From Mobula hypostoma (taxonomy: Eukaryota), in the NCBI RefSeq assembly GCF_963921235.1, contig NC_086097.1:75332001-75396000 (forward strand): DNA of 64,000 bases. Direction: 5' to 3'. Both the position numbers and the translations under genes were made by a program. Below the pieces are notes generated by a model that was not told the DNA's origin, ran no database searches, and worked only from the letters and a program-made list of their open reading frames with translations. Positions 62,866 through 64,000 of the stretch are shown here, in pieces. Every line of letters begins with the position of its first letter. Positions within the stretch are counted from its first letter, which is position 1.

Positions 62866-63800
62866 TTTATACCATGGGGAAAAGCAGCCAGTGGAGATAA
62901 AGGCAAAAAAAACACAATTCCTTTTTGAGTGGGACCGCTTTCAGATAAATAATCGAGTAATTAAATTTAATCCAATGGAGTATGTTTATCGCATTCTGTG
63001 CTACCATTTTCTTGATTGTATTTTGCTTCCTTGACTTCATGTCAGTTAGCTAGAAGATTTAGTTTGTGGTTAGGACCACAATAATGTAGGTTATTTTTTT
63101 AAGGCTCTTGACAGTTGACAAATGTGGTGGGGGTGGGGAGGAGGGGGAGCCTGTGTTTTCTGATGGGGAGGTGTAACTGCTCGTAGTAGACTGGGCATAG
63201 GGATCCTTGGCAGGGTATTACTTCTTAACAGTTTGCACTGGGAATGATATCGATACTTGGCCACAATAACACTTTATTTCATTTGAAGAAAAAAATCAGG
63301 CTCCTATTACACTTTGCATGTACTTGAATGAAATACCACTCCTGTTCCAACTACATCAGCACATACAGGCCAGACCATTAATTATCCATGTTTTAGCCAC
63401 CAGCGATTGTTGAGTTCTAGAAATCAATGGAATTCAATGACATTAGTTACAAAGAGTGCAAATTCTGTCTGCATGGGCTGAATATGTCACTTTGGTTTTC
63501 TGAAAAGTTCTCATTCAAAATTCGTTGTGGGAAATAATTGCTCTCAAAGGGTTACATTTTGACCTATTTAAATAAAAAAACAGGGCAGGCACCTGTTTTT
63601 AATTTAAACGAATAAAACTCCTAGCTGTATTGTGGGGCAAGTCAAATTTAAAAGGCACATTAGAAGGGATCATGGAGGAGGGGATGAGCTTGTGACTGAT
63701 TCAGGCTCAGTATCAAGCACCCATCCACAGGAACCTCATTTTCTTGCACTTGGCCCATACCCTGCAATGCCTTAACAATTCATGTGCTTATCCAGGTATA

Positions 63801-64000
63801 GGAGGGGTGATTGATAAGTTTGTGGCCTAAGGCAGAGGAAGTCAATTTTAGAAAACCGAACACATTTATTTTTCCTACTTTTACACGCTTAGTCCAGTGG
63901 TCATGGAGCATACCGATCCCTTCTTTGTAGAAGTCAGCGTCTTGGATCTCCAGAAGTGGTCCACAGCAGGGGTGATTGATAAGTTCGTGGCCTAAAGTAG
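63801..64000 (-). mobile_element. Mariner-derived non-autonomous element (runs off the window end)
   Basis: TA followed by a (G)GAGGGGTGATTGATAAGTT TIR. The minus strand encodes QDADFYKEGIGMLHDHWTKRVKVG, a mariner transposase C-terminus. Confidence 0.85.

Noticed and set aside
1..64000. Most 60-130 aa ORFs in the supplied track as genes
   Set aside because: This is intron- and repeat-rich eukaryotic DNA. These ORFs are chance frames or antisense/shifted readings of transposon fragments, many with non-ATG starts.

Overview
This is eukaryotic, AT-rich, repeat-dense DNA. The repeat landscape (CR1, Rex1/Babar, L2 and RTE LINEs, V-SINE/Deu-type SINEs, Penelope-like elements) suggests a cartilaginous fish, probably a ray (inference). 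No intact host gene can be named. Several minus-strand splice acceptors open short terminal reading frames and may be alternative last exons of a large gene, but this is low confidence. Well-supported elements: (1) a full-length, decayed 4.1-kb Gypsy LTR retrotransposon at 10876-14970 with 212-bp LTRs, a tRNA-Trp PBS and a CTAG target site; (2) a young 5'-truncated Neptune-type Penelope-like element (PLE; RT plus GIY-YIG) at 43061-45292 and a shorter copy at 14971-15567; (3) Tigger-like, mariner and Harbinger DNA-transposon derivatives; (4) many nested LINE fragments. The most interesting signal is a family of minimal type-I hammerhead ribozyme motifs (AGTC-CTGACGA-A-GGGTCTCGGCCT-GAAACGTC-GACT). 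It occurs in the PLEs and in short, often palindromic non-autonomous derivatives. Two same-strand hammerheads bracket the PLE coding unit, and one inverted arm begins at the predicted ribozyme cleavage site. All alignments and counts were done by eye; no database searches were run.
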